NCBI GenBank assembly: GCA_964602455.1
Contig: CAZRRG010000002.1
Span: 1,100-65,099 of the forward strand
Length of the DNA: 64,000 nt
Source of the DNA: an uncultured Eubacteriales bacterium
Lineage (GTDB): Bacteria > Bacillota > Sulfobacillia > Fermentithermobacillales > Fermentithermobacillaceae
Direction of reading: 5' to 3'
Shown: in pieces, positions 18,909-28,229 of the stretch
How positions within the stretch are numbered: the stretch's first letter is position 1
Layout: each line of letters opens with the position of its first letter
Position numbers and translations under genes: made by a program
Notes under the pieces: model-generated
Database searches by the model: none
What the model saw: only the letters and a program-made list of their open reading frames with translations
Told to the model about the DNA's origin: nothing

Positions 18909-20240
18909 ATGACTGCCGCAGAACACTTTGGCGCAACAACCGCTGTGCCGGAACCGGCCCAGATACTGAGCGACCTGATACGTTTTGACACTCAGAACCC
19001 TCCGGGGAATGAGGGTCCTTGCATCCAGTACATCAAGAATCTCCTGGAAGGCGCAGGATACGAGTGCAGCCTGATAGCCAAGGACCCGGCACGGCCAAAC
19101 CTGATCTGCCGCGTGAAGGGCCAGGGCTCGGGTCCTCCGCTTCTCATGTACGGCCACGTTGATGTAGTCCCGACGACCGCCCAGGAGTGGCAAGTACCGC
19201 CCTTTGAGGGCCGCGTTGTGGACGGAGTTCTCTGGGGCCGGGGCGCCATCGATATGAAGGGCCCGCTGGCCATGATGATATCGGCTCTACTGCGGGCGCG
19301 AGCTGAAGGACGTACTTTCCCGACCGACGTGATATTCGCCGCGCTCTCGGATGAGGAAGCCGGAAGCAGCTTCGGCGCCCGATTCCTTGTGGAAGGGCAT
19401 CCCTACCTGTTCTCTGGGGTTAAGTACGGGATCGGAGAGTTTGGAGCAGCCACGGTCTACATCGCGGGGACCCGCCTCTACCCCATCATGATCGCGGAAA
19501 AGCACGCCGCTTGGCTGAAGGCCACCGTTAAGGGCTCGGCCGGCCACGGCGCCCTCCATCAGCAGGGAGGCACTATGGCCACTCTGGCCAAGTTCCTCAA
19601 GGGTCTCGACAGCATGAGGCTGCCGGCTCACGTGACGCCGACCGCCCGGATGATGATCCGGGCCGCGGCCAAAGCATTGCCGTCCCCCTATGGCCCTCTG
19701 ATCGGTCTCATGCAGGTCCCGGCCCTTGTTGACGCGTTGCTCGGGGTGATCGGCCCCTGCGGCGCCATGTTCCACCCGATACTGCACAACTCGGTGAATG
19801 CGACGATCCTCCGCGGCGGAGATAAGGTGAATGTCGTTCCTCCAGAAGTGGATGTGGTACTCGATTGCAGGCTTCTCCCCGGGTACACGGTGGAGGATGT
19901 CATCGCCGAGATACGAGCCGCCACGGGCGTGGAGGTGTCCTTCGAGACTCTGTTGTGCGAGCCAGACCAGAGTGAACCCGACCTGGGCCTTTTCGATACG
20001 CTTGCCGGTGTGCTGGCGGAGTGCGATCCCGGCGGCAAGTGCATACCCATGCTCTTTCCTGCGGTGACCGACGGCAGATGGTTCTCCCGGCTCGGCATAC
20101 AAACTTACGGGTTCACCCCCATGAACCTGCCACCGGATCTACCCTTCACTAAGGTCATCCATGGGTCCGATGAGCGAGTTCCCGTCGAAGCCCTCTCCTT
20201 CGGCGCCGACGCCATCTACAAGCTTCTGTTCAGGCTCTAG
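18909..20240 (+). CDS. M20-family metallopeptidase / amidohydrolase (ArgE/DapE/CPG2-like)
   Basis: MYGHVDVVP, DMKGPLAM. GGGGGA RBS. Confidence 0.85.
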   Translation: MTAAEHFGATTAVPEPAQILSDLIRFDTQNPPGNEGPCIQYIKNLLEGAGYECSLIAKDPARPNLICRVKGQGSGPPLLMYGHVDVVPTTAQEWQVPPFEGRVVDGVLWGRGAIDMKGPLAMMISALLRARAEGRTFPTDVIFAALSDEEAGSSFGARFLVEGHPYLFSGVKYGIGEFGAATVYIAGTRLYPIMIAEKHAAWLKATVKGSAGHGALHQQGGTMATLAKFLKGLDSMRLPAHVTPTARMMIRAAAKALPSPYGPLIGLMQVPALVDALLGVIGPCGAMFHPILHNSVNATILRGGDKVNVVPPEVDVVLDCRLLPGYTVEDVIAEIRAATGVEVSFETLLCEPDQSEPDLGLFDTLAGVLAECDPGGKCIPMLFPAVTDGRWFSRLGIQTYGFTPMNLPPDLPFTKVIHGSDERVPVEALSFGADAIYKLLFRL

Positions 20241-20261
20241 ACTCACATCGGTAAACCGGTC

Positions 20262-20294
20262 CGGAGAGAAGAAAACGCCCCCGTGCGGGGGCGC
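20262..20294 (-). terminator. Rho-independent terminator for gntR-family gene
   Basis: Hairpin GCGCCCCCGCACGGGGGCG followed by TTTTCTTCTCTC on the minus strand. Confidence 0.55.
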
Positions 20295-20376
20295 CCTAGT
20301 ATCTTAGCGTGTACTGGGGGGAGCCAGGTACACAGTATAGTAATCGTTGAGAGGGCGCGAAATATGAGGGTGTCCT

Positions 20377-21096
20377 TTACGGAACTCGTCGCCTTATGCG
20401 GAACCTCAAGGTAGAGGAGTCCTGGTAATTGAGGCAGATCGCAAGTACCTGCCCTCTGGGGCCGTAGTAGATCTCCTGGGCTCTCACAACCGGCTTGCCC
20501 TCGAAGGACGGGATCTCCTTCAGCACGCGAGCGGGAGCCATGACCGCGGAGAGGAGCGAGTCGACATGGTGCGCTGCAAAGCCCCCAAGCTTCAGGATCT
20601 CGTCAAGCGGCCTATCGAGCGTCCCCTCGTCAAGGGCGACGCCGACAAACGCCGCGGGCACGACATCGATGGAGTAGGATACGGGTGTTCCGCCTCTCTC
20701 ATGTGTCCTCTCTAGCCTTAGGAGCGTGTCGCCCGCCCAGCTAAACCGCATCCTGAGCACCCGCGACATAGGCAGCATTGTGCATCCTATGAGTGTGGGG
20801 ATCATCCGTTCGGCTGCGGAACTCAGCGCGCTTTCACCCGGCGCAAGGCTGTCAAACGTGTAAGTCGTGCCGGGCACGTGAGAGGAGAGGAACGTGCCGA
20901 CTCCGTGGCGAGCAAATATGGATCCTTCCTGCTCCAGAAGTCTGTGAGCCTCACGGATAGTGGTCCGCGAGACCTGGTAACGCTCCGCGAGCGCCATCTC
21001 TCCAGGAAGCCGCACCGTCTCGGTTGTCGATTGGGCGGAAAAGTCAGCCCTTATTCTCTGGGCTATCTGGGCGTAGAGCGGACGCCGGTCGCGCAC
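20377..21096 (-). CDS. GntR-family transcriptional regulator (HutC/UTRA-type C-terminal domain)
   Basis: N-terminus RDRRPLYAQIAQRIRADF...RLPGEMALAERYQVSRTTIREA. GTG start 7 nt after AAGGAGGG (the ORF track extends to 21270). Confidence 0.8.
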   Translation of the reverse strand: MRDRRPLYAQIAQRIRADFSAQSTTETVRLPGEMALAERYQVSRTTIREAHRLLEQEGSIFARHGVGTFLSSHVPGTTYTFDSLAPGESALSSAAERMIPTLIGCTMLPMSRVLRMRFSWAGDTLLRLERTHERGGTPVSYSIDVVPAAFVGVALDEGTLDRPLDEILKLGGFAAHHVDSLLSAVMAPARVLKEIPSFEGKPVVRAQEIYYGPRGQVLAICLNYQDSSTLRFRIRRRVP

Positions 21097-21245
21097 GACA
21101 GAGCCCTCCTTGATTCGACAATGTCCGACGGGTGGCACACGATGGGTATTCTGTGCGCTGAAATGCAAGTCCTCCAGGTAAAACGCCTCCTCACCCATCG
21201 ACACCGTTCCCGTTGTAGCCCCATAGGGCCGCTTGTACACTGAGT

Positions 21246-21647
21246 GTGAGCATGACTCGAAGGGAGGCACGTGGGGTGTCCGAGCGGCTTAGCGACGACT
21301 ACGTGGCGCGCCTTGAGTCGCTGGCAAGCCGTTTCTACCCGGGGCAGTACGTCGTGATCGACGAGTCTGTCGATGACTTGATCGGGAAGAGCGGCGTCCG
21401 CGCCAGCTTGGTCGTCAGTAACTTGCCGGGCCTTCGCCCTGACGTAGTGACGACGGTGGCCATGGTGTCCTTCCACCCCCTTGGCGTAAGGGGGATCCCG
21501 GAGTCCTGGCGCGAGGTACTGCTTGGCTCAAAGGAGCGCCCATGGCGAGTAGACCTGTATGTCCCCCGGAGCGACATCCCAAAGGTCAGGAGCTGTGTGC
21601 GCCAGCTGGACTCCAGAGCAGCGGTATTGCCTCTTCCACCGGCGTAG
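21246..21647 (+). CDS. Hypothetical protein (possible GTG start at 21270 after a GGGAGG RBS)
   Basis: ORF only, with no motifs. It lies divergent from the gntR-family gene. Confidence 0.3.
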   Translation: MSMTRREARGVSERLSDDYVARLESLASRFYPGQYVVIDESVDDLIGKSGVRASLVVSNLPGLRPDVVTTVAMVSFHPLGVRGIPESWREVLLGSKERPWRVDLYVPRSDIPKVRSCVRQLDSRAAVLPLPPA

Positions 21648-21652
21648 GGAGC

Positions 21653-22136
21653 TTACGAGGCCGTCCTGGAGAGGGTACAGATCCGTGCCTTGATCAGTGT
21701 TCGTGACACCTCGAGGACAGCGCACGAAGCCTCGCCTCTCCTTGGGCTGTGGGGGCTGCCGGGATTCACAAAGAGTATGCCTTCCTTGCGAAACACCGTC
21801 GGAACATGGGTGTGCCCGAACACCGTAACATCCACGCCCAGGGCCTTGGATCTTTGAACGAGCAGCGCCAGATCATGTTTCACCCTGTACAGGTGGCCGT
21901 GGGTGAGGTATATGCGCTTTGACCCTACAGCAAGCATTTCCTCCGAAGGGCCCTTAACCATGTGATCGCAGTTGCCGGTGACAGCCACGACTTTGAGTCC
22001 GGCCCCCAGCCCGATCCTGTGGGCGTCCTCGTAGAAATCGCCGGCATGCAGCAGGAGTTCGGCGCCTTCCATGAGGCCAAGGCACTCCTCGACGGGTCTA
22101 AGGTCGCCGTGGGTGTCGGAGATGACGCCTATGATC
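21653..22136 (-). CDS. YfcE/MJ0936-family metallophosphoesterase
   Basis: VISDTHGD...GDFY...GNCD...GHTH. TTG start overlapping the rdgB stop. Confidence 0.75.
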
Positions 22137-22752
22137 AAGCTAACCCTTCCTCCGCAAGCGCCGCCGCCATAAGGTTTCGAGTTACTACCTCCATGGCTCT
22201 TCGCCTGTGGCTCACCGAATCCTTCTCGGCGGCGCTGGCTTCTCCCATTGTCTTGCCAAGTTCCGGGCAGTAGAACAGAGGATCGTAGCCGAACCCGCCG
22301 CTCCCTCGAAGTTCCGTTGTTATGTACCCTTCCACTGTCCCCAGTCCTTCGGCCACGATGCCGCGCGGCGAGGCAATGCATATCGCGGAACGGTACCTCG
22401 CGGTCCTCTTAGGTTCAGGAACGCCCTCCATCTTCTTGAGGAGCAGCATGTTGTTGTCGTCGTCCGAGCCGGACTCGGAGAACCGGTGGGACTTGACCCC
22501 CGGCGCTCCATCCAGGAAATCCACTTCAAGACCCGAGTCCTCGGCCAGGCATAGCTTGCCGGACTCGGCCGCGGCCGCCATAGCCTTGATCCTGGCGTTC
22601 TCAACAAAAGTGCTTCCCGTCTCTTCGACTGGAGAAAGGCCCTCTTCACTGCCGAGGGTAAGTGTAAGAGGCAAACCGGGCATAAGCTCGCTGAAGAGGC
22701 GAATGAACTCGCGGAGTTTGCCCTTATTGCTGGTGGCTAGAACAAGCTTCAC
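22135..22752 (-). CDS. rdgB: dITP/XTP pyrophosphatase (RdgB/Ham1)
   Basis: [16 protein letters not shown]...FGYDPLF. Confidence 0.9.
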   Translation of the reverse strand: MKLVLATSNKGKLREFIRLFSELMPGLPLTLTLGSEEGLSPVEETGSTFVENARIKAMAAAAESGKLCLAEDSGLEVDFLDGAPGVKSHRFSESGSDDDNNMLLLKKMEGVPEPKRTARYRSAICIASPRGIVAEGLGTVEGYITTELRGSGGFGYDPLFYCPELGKTMGEASAAEKDSVSHRRRAMEVVTRNLMAAALAEEGLA

Positions 22753-23486
22753 CGCTTGATACGCGAGGCGATCTCACCCAGCGCGTCGGCCTGGGCTTTC
22801 ATGAGCTCGCGGATCCCCTCTTCCGCAAGCGAGAGGAGTTCCGTCAGCCTCTCCTTGCCGAAAGGAGCATGTTCGCCGGTACCCTGGACCTCGATAAACT
22901 CGCCGCGCCCCGTCATGACCACGTTCATATCCACTTCCGCAGTCGAGTCCTCAGAGTACCGGAGGTCAAGGACCGACTGGCCTTGGACGACTCCAACGCT
23001 TACGGCGGCGACGTAATCCGCAATCGGTATGACTTGCCATCCTTCAGTCTTCGCAAGCGTATCCAGGGCCAACGCAACGGCGACGAATCCTCCGGTGATA
23101 GACGCGGTCCGAGTCCCGCCATCCGCCTGGATGACATCGCAGTCAACCCAAATGGTCCTCTCCCCTATTGCGGCGAGGTCTACGGCAGCCCGCAAGCTTC
23201 TGCCGATAAGCCGTTGGATCTCAACGGTCCGCCCGCCGGGTTTCCCGCGGGAGACCTCACGGGGCGTCCGTTGCTCGGTTGCGCCGGGAAGCATGGAGTA
23301 CTCGGCGGTGAGCCAGCCCGATGAAGTACCCTTGACGAAAGGCGGCACCTTGTCTTCGATGCTAGCGCAGCAGATGACCTTGGTGTCGCCTGCCTCAACA
23401 AGGCAGGAGCCTGCCGGGTGCTTCAGGAACCCGGTGGTGATCTTGAAAGGTCGGAGATCTCTCGGGCTTCGGCCGTCGATCCGCAT
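22749..23486 (-). CDS. rph: Ribonuclease PH
   Basis: [20 protein letters not shown]...[19 protein letters not shown]. Confidence 0.95.
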   Translation of the reverse strand: MRIDGRSPRDLRPFKITTGFLKHPAGSCLVEAGDTKVICCASIEDKVPPFVKGTSSGWLTAEYSMLPGATEQRTPREVSRGKPGGRTVEIQRLIGRSLRAAVDLAAIGERTIWVDCDVIQADGGTRTASITGGFVAVALALDTLAKTEGWQVIPIADYVAAVSVGVVQGQSVLDLRYSEDSTAEVDMNVVMTGRGEFIEVQGTGEHAPFGKERLTELLSLAEEGIRELMKAQADALGEIASRIKR

Positions 23487-23502
23487 GCGAGTCCTCCTTC
23501 AG

Positions 23503-24021
23503 CTACTTGTTCTTGCGGTAAGGAATAACGCCGCCCACTACGTCCTTGGTCTCCAGCACGGTCACGAAGGACCCGGGCGAGAACTCATCTATCAATGAAG
23601 TTAGCCTGGGCAGGGTCTTTCTATCCGTTGACACAAGGAGCACGGCCTTGGCGCCAGTCATGCCTTGGCCCTGCAGCACAGTGACTCCGTAACCGGTAGT
23701 TCGAAGCGCCTTGAGGAGATCGTCGGCGGTCCCGTTCGACGGGATCACTTGGCAAGTCACCTGGCCTATGGCCAGCCGCTCCTCGAGATAGCCGCCAAGT
23801 AGAGTGCCGGATGCAAAGCCCAGGCCATAGGCCAGGACCTTGATGGGATCGGAGATGTTCTGCATTATCCTGGACAACGCCACAATGTAGATGGTGGCTT
23901 CAACAAAACCTACTGCCGCGGCAGGGTACTTCTTCCCCCGCACGACCAAAAGCATTCTGACCGTGGCAAGGCTTACATCGAGAACCCTGGCACAAAAGAT
24001 CAGGAGGTATTCGCCGATCAT
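23503..24021 (-). CDS. DUF2179/UPF0316 (YitT-related) membrane protein
   Basis: Three N-terminal TM helices plus a DUF2179-like C-terminus. Confidence 0.6.
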   Translation of the reverse strand: MIGEYLLIFCARVLDVSLATVRMLLVVRGKKYPAAAVGFVEATIYIVALSRIMQNISDPIKVLAYGLGFASGTLLGGYLEERLAIGQVTCQVIPSNGTADDLLKALRTTGYGVTVLQGQGMTGAKAVLLVSTDRKTLPRLTSLIDEFSPGSFVTVLETKDVVGGVIPYRKNK

Positions 24022-24471
24022 TTACAGGACCTTTTCCTCGACCATCAGCGAGTGAAGCTTGTCGAGCGAGGCGCCTAGTTGCTCGATCTCGTTGGGTGTC
24101 AGCTTCTCCAGCATTGACGCCACATATCGTCGCCGGGCGGCAATAACCTCTTTGATGACGTCCTGTCCTTTCTCGGAAATGGAGAGCCTGATAACGCGAC
24201 GGTCTTGGGCATCCCGGTTTCGCTCCAGGAAGCCGTTCTTCTCCATCCTGTCGATCAGATCCGTTGCCGTCGAGCAGGCCAGGAAGAGCTTCTCGCACAG
24301 CTCGCCCATCGTCATATTGGGCTGCTCTCGAAGAGCAAGCAGGGCATTGAACTGAGGGCTGGTAATACCGAAGTCAACGAGGATATCCCGTCCCCGCTTC
24401 TTGATTATGAACGCCACGTGCCTCAGCAGGCGCTCAATCTTGGTAACCGAATCATTCAGCGCGTCGGGCAC
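24022..24471 (-). CDS. MarR family transcriptional regulator
   Basis: Winged HTH: LTSPQFNALLAL...MTMGELCEKL. Confidence 0.85.
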   Translation of the reverse strand: MPDALNDSVTKIERLLRHVAFIIKKRGRDILVDFGITSPQFNALLALREQPNMTMGELCEKLFLACSTATDLIDRMEKNGFLERNRDAQDRRVIRLSISEKGQDVIKEVIAARRRYVASMLEKLTPNEIEQLGASLDKLHSLMVEEKVL

Positions 24472-24676
24472 AGTAGGGCACCTCCTAGACGGAACGAAGC
24501 GGCAGTCTGCATTCTCCTCCCTGCCTAACTAAGAATAACAGCCGATGTACCATCTGTTCAAGTGCGGCGCTCTCCTTGTGGCAAACCACATCCATTTGCG
24601 ACTCTGTCTAGCTGAGGTCGGGGATGGGGACACTTAGACAATGGAGGTGGCTTTGTTGAACGCGAAGACGACCAGC

Positions 24677-24826
24677 TGGACAACGGTTGGAGTAGGCACT
24701 CTCGTATCTGCGGTAGGTCAGATGATGCATACTCCCCTGGGTACCGATATCCTCGGTTTCGGCCTAGCCCACATCATGTTGGGCCTTCTCGACATGGCAA
24801 GGCCAAGCACCCGCAGGCGGTCCTAA
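24677..24826 (+). CDS. Possible small hydrophobic protein (~50 aa), uncertain
   Basis: GGAGG then TTG start, followed by a rho-independent terminator at 24860-24893. Confidence 0.2.
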   Translation, partial: WTTVGVGTLVSAVGQMMHTPLGTDILGFGLAHIMLGLLDMARPSTRRRS

Positions 24827-24859
24827 GGTTCGAAAAGACTCCTCCAGCATCAAGAGGCA

Positions 24860-24893
24860 GGTCGCATGAAGCGACCGGCTTTCTTTTTCTCTT
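24860..24893 (+). terminator. Rho-independent terminator
   Basis: GGTCGCatgaaGCGACC followed by GGCTTTCTTTTTCTCTT. Confidence 0.45.
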
Positions 24894-24899
24894 AAGTTA

Positions 24900-24950
24900 T
24901 TGACATATGCCGAAAACGGGATATGATAACGGTGTAAATGGCATATGTCA
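24900..24950 (+). promoter_or_regulatory. sigA-type promoter (TTGACA-16-TATGAT) embedded in a perfect 11-bp inverted repeat (TGACATATGCC-N28-GGCATATGTCA), a candidate operator
   Basis: The left arm overlaps -35 and the right arm sits just upstream of the RBS of the DUF5320 gene. Confidence 0.55.
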
Positions 24951-24973
24951 TAAACCAATAGGAGGTGACATTG

Positions 24974-25231
24974 ATGCCCGGAAGAGACGGAACAGGACCA
25001 CTGGGTTGCGGCGCAATGACGGGAAGAGGCCTGGGAGGTTGCTTGGGAGTGCAGTACGGCAGGGGTGTATACGGTGGACGGCGTGGATGCGGCACCGGAC
25101 GCGGCCTCGGCCTTGGCAGATTCCTCGCGGCAGGTCAGATGCCATCCAGGCGGGAAATCCTCAACGATGAGAAGGAGAGACTCGAACAGAGGCTCTCGAT
25201 CGTGACCAAGAGCCTAGAGAATCTGGAGTGA
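24974..25231 (+). CDS. DUF5320 small glycine/arginine-rich protein with C-terminal coiled coil
   Basis: MPGRDGTGPLGCGAMTGRGLG...GRGLGLGR...EKERLEQRLSIVTKSLENLE. ATG 8 nt after AGGAGG. Confidence 0.7.
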   Translation: MPGRDGTGPLGCGAMTGRGLGGCLGVQYGRGVYGGRRGCGTGRGLGLGRFLAAGQMPSRREILNDEKERLEQRLSIVTKSLENLE

Positions 25232-25292
25232 CCAAAGTGAAAGCCATAGGAGAAAACTCCTTTGGCTTTCGCTCTGAAATTGGGGTGATCGA

Positions 25293-25664
25293 ATGCCCAG
25301 ACCGCGGAAGTGGAGAAAGGTCTGCCGCCTGCCGGGGAACGCCCGTTTCGGGCCGTTAGGCGGCATGAACAACGCAAGCGACGTGGTCACAATGTCGGTG
25401 GACGAGTACGAAGCGATACGTCTCATTGATACGGAAGGCTTCACACAGGAAGAATCCGCTCAACAGATGAACGTGGCCCGTTCCACAGTTCAGGGAATCT
25501 ACGATAGCGCCAGGAGGAAGCTGGCCGATTCCCTGGTCCACGGAAAGGTCCTGGTCATTGAGGGCGGAGAGTACATCCTCTGCGACGGGCTGGAAGAGTC
25601 CTGCAGATGCGGTGGCTGCTATAGGCACCGGCATGGCCAAGGGGCACGATGGGACGGTAAATAG
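25293..25664 (+). CDS. DUF134/UPF0251 predicted DNA-binding protein with a Cys-rich C-terminal tail
   Basis: MPRPRKWRKVC...VDEYEAIRLIDTEGFTQEESAQQMNVARSTV. Confidence 0.75.
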   Translation: MPRPRKWRKVCRLPGNARFGPLGGMNNASDVVTMSVDEYEAIRLIDTEGFTQEESAQQMNVARSTVQGIYDSARRKLADSLVHGKVLVIEGGEYILCDGLEESCRCGGCYRHRHGQGARWDGK

Positions 25665-25680
25665 CGAAGGAGGAATCTGC

Positions 25681-26070
25681 ATGAAGGTCGGTATTTCCAG
25701 CAGCGGAAAGGACAGCTCGGCTATGGTGGACCCCCGCTTTGGCCGCTGCGAGTTCTTCGCAATATGTGAGACTGATGATGGCTCCTACCGGTTCATTAGG
25801 AACAATGCTCAGGACGCTGGAGGCGGAGCGGGCATAGCCGCGGCCCAGCAGTTAATTGACGAGAATGTTGAGGTAGTGTTGACCGGGAGCTTGGGTCCTA
25901 ACGCATACAGGGTGATCGAGAGCGCCGGAATAAGGGCCTACCGCGTCGGCAGTGTAGCGCTTGAGGAAGCGGTCAACCTCTTGAGTGGCGCGAAGCTGGA
26001 GGCGATTCTCGAGGCGGGCCCTGCGCATGTTGGCGTGCGGCAGGGTCCTCGCGGAGGTCTTAGTAAGTGA
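25681..26070 (+). CDS. NifB/NifX-family (dinitrogenase FeMo-cofactor-binding domain) protein
   Basis: MKVGISSSGKD...FGRCEFFAICE. GAAGGAGG RBS. Confidence 0.8.
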   Translation: MKVGISSSGKDSSAMVDPRFGRCEFFAICETDDGSYRFIRNNAQDAGGGAGIAAAQQLIDENVEVVLTGSLGPNAYRVIESAGIRAYRVGSVALEEAVNLLSGAKLEAILEAGPAHVGVRQGPRGGLSK

Positions 26071-26900
26071 ACCTTTGTGTGCTCAGCGGAAAGGGCGGCA
26101 CGGGCAAGACAACCGTTGCGGTGAACCTGGCCGTACTGCTGAAGGCTGAGTACTACGATTGCGACGTCGAGGAGCCAAACGGGTTTCTCTTCCTGAGGCC
26201 CGCCGGAGTTAAGGCGGAGCATACGGTTGTGGACTACCCATCTATTGATCAGTCCAAGTGTACGTTGTGCGGACAATGCGCGCGGGCATGTCAGTTCAGC
26301 GCCCTCGCCTCCACGAAAAAAGGCGTGATCCTTTTTGAGGGTCTGTGTCACGGCTGCCACGCCTGCGAAATCGTGTGTGAGCCAAAAGCCATATCCTTCG
26401 AGAAGCGCTCCGTCGGCGTGGTCGAGAGAGGAGAGGGACTCGGCATCCTCTGCGCGCGGGGAGTGCTCAACGTGGGCGAGCACATGGCTGTTCCTGTTGT
26501 AAGGCACCTGCTTGCGGGTCTCCAAGAGTCCCGAAACGCGATCCTCGACTGCGCTCCCGGTACCTCCTGTAACGTCGTGAACACGCTCCGGCACGCGGAC
26601 ACAGCCCTTATCGTTACAGAACCTACTCTGTTTGGATTACACGACATGGCGATTGCCGTGGAGCTCTTAAGGCAAAGAAACATCCCGTTCGCCGTAGTCC
26701 TCAACAAGAGCCAAGACAATGATGACATCATAACCCGGTACTGCGCTGATAACGGCATCAAAGTGCTGGGCCGAATCCCCTTTTCCCGCATTGCCGCCCA
26801 AGAGTACTCCAAAGGCCGGCTCTTAATCGATCTACCCGATTACCGGCAAGTGTATGAACACATCGCCAGTGAGGTTAGGGAGGCATTTCCATGGAGCTAG
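26067..26900 (+). CDS. MinD/Mrp-like P-loop ATPase with an inserted 2x[4Fe-4S] ferredoxin domain
   Basis: Deviant Walker A GKGGTGKTT. CTLCGQCARAC and CHGCHACEIVC (CxxCxxCxxxC, two copies). GTGA start/stop overlap. Confidence 0.85.
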   Translation: MNLCVLSGKGGTGKTTVAVNLAVLLKAEYYDCDVEEPNGFLFLRPAGVKAEHTVVDYPSIDQSKCTLCGQCARACQFSALASTKKGVILFEGLCHGCHACEIVCEPKAISFEKRSVGVVERGEGLGILCARGVLNVGEHMAVPVVRHLLAGLQESRNAILDCAPGTSCNVVNTLRHADTALIVTEPTLFGLHDMAIAVELLRQRNIPFAVVLNKSQDNDDIITRYCADNGIKVLGRIPFSRIAAQEYSKGRLLIDLPDYRQVYEHIASEVREAFPWS

Positions 26901-27748
26901 CGGTCTTGAGCGGCAAGGGCGGAACCGGCAAAACGATGATCACCGTTGCTCTGGCGGAGTTGTTCCCCAAAGCGGTGATAGCAGACTGCGACGTGGATGC
27001 GCCCAACTTGTACCTGTACTACAACGGTAAGGACATCAAGAGTGAGCCCTTTACCGCCTCTCAGAAAGCCGTGATCGCCAAAGAGTCCTGTATAGGATGC
27101 GGTATTTGCGATGAGATCTGCCGGTTTGATGCGATAAGGGACCACACCGTCGACGAAGCCAACTGCGAAGGCTGCGGAGCATGTGTCCTGGCCTGTCCGG
27201 AGAAAGCCATTCATCTAAGACCTCAAAAAGATGCGGATGTCTTTCTCACGCAGACCAAGAAAGGCGTGCTTTCCAGGGCGAAGATGGCTGTGGGCAGTGA
27301 TGGTTCCGGAAAACTAGTTTCGCTCCTTAGAAAGAACGCCCGCGAATACCCCGATGATGAGAGCGTGATGCTCCTAGACGGTTCACCAGGGATCGGTTGT
27401 CCTGTCATATCCTCCATTACCGGAGCCAGTATGGCGCTAATCGTGACCGAGCCGACGCTATCCGGGATGGAGGACTTCATCAGAGTGGTGGACCTGTGCG
27501 ATCACTTCAGCATCCCGGCGGTGGTCTGCATCAACAAGTGGGATATCAACCCTGAGGTAACTGATGAGATAAAGCGCCGCTCCCAGGAACGAGGAATACC
27601 GGTTGTCGGTGAAGTACCTTTCGACCAAACGGTCACGGACTCCATTAACACTCTGCAGCCCATCACCGCCTATCCCGACAGCGCTGCTTGCAAAGCTGTC
27701 CTGGAGATGTGGGGCCGTCTGCAAGAGGTGATCGCTGAGGTTAAATGA
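26891..27748 (+). CDS. MinD/Mrp-like P-loop ATPase with a 2x[4Fe-4S] ferredoxin domain (tandem paralog)
   Basis: GKGGTGKTM. CIGCGICDEIC and CEGCGACVLAC. Overlapping start. Confidence 0.85.
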   Translation: MELAVLSGKGGTGKTMITVALAELFPKAVIADCDVDAPNLYLYYNGKDIKSEPFTASQKAVIAKESCIGCGICDEICRFDAIRDHTVDEANCEGCGACVLACPEKAIHLRPQKDADVFLTQTKKGVLSRAKMAVGSDGSGKLVSLLRKNAREYPDDESVMLLDGSPGIGCPVISSITGASMALIVTEPTLSGMEDFIRVVDLCDHFSIPAVVCINKWDINPEVTDEIKRRSQERGIPVVGEVPFDQTVTDSINTLQPITAYPDSAACKAVLEMWGRLQEVIAEVK

Positions 27749-27796
27749 GATGAGGAACGGCGTGGCTCACGATGATTCACGAACAGGAAAGGCGGA

Positions 27797-28141
27797 TTGG
27801 ACGACATGATGAAGATTGCGGTGGCAAGCGACAGATCCATGGTGACGGAGCACTTCGGGCATTGCGAGGCCTTCAACATCTACGAGGCCGAGGACGGCAA
27901 GATCGTGAGGAGCGAGTCCGTTCCTAATCCGGGACACAAGCCGGGGTTCTTGCCCAATTTCCTGAACGACATGGGCGTCAAGGTGATCATCTCAGGCGGC
28001 ATGGGCGGCGGGGCTGTCAACATTTTCAACGAGAAGGGCATTGAGGTCATCGTCGGCGCGCGGGGAAGCGCGGAAGCGGCTGTGAAGGACTACCTGGAAG
28101 GTAACCTGCAGTCCACCGGGACGATCTGCCACGAGCACTGA
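27797..28141 (+). CDS. NifB/NifX-family FeMo-cofactor-binding-domain protein (second copy)
   Basis: KIAVASD...EHFGHCEAFNIYE. Confidence 0.8.
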   Translation: MDDMMKIAVASDRSMVTEHFGHCEAFNIYEAEDGKIVRSESVPNPGHKPGFLPNFLNDMGVKVIISGGMGGGAVNIFNEKGIEVIVGARGSAEAAVKDYLEGNLQSTGTICHEH

Positions 28142-28159
28142 TCCACACTGACCCCCATA

Positions 28160-28200
28160 GAAAGCAGAAAACACTAGAAGCCCCCGATTGGGGGCCTCTT
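28160..28200. terminator. Terminator hairpin GCCCCCgattGGGGGC. It is T-rich on the minus side, so it probably ends ssrA, and may also end the plus-strand operon
   Basis: Stem-loop plus flanking T runs. Confidence 0.45.
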
Positions 28201-28229
28201 GGTCTATGTCACGATTATCAAGTACAAGA

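Noticed and set aside
20262-20294. Bidirectional terminator serving the M20 peptidase gene as well
   Set aside because: The hairpin is followed by a U-run only on the minus strand, so it is called as the gntR-family terminator only.
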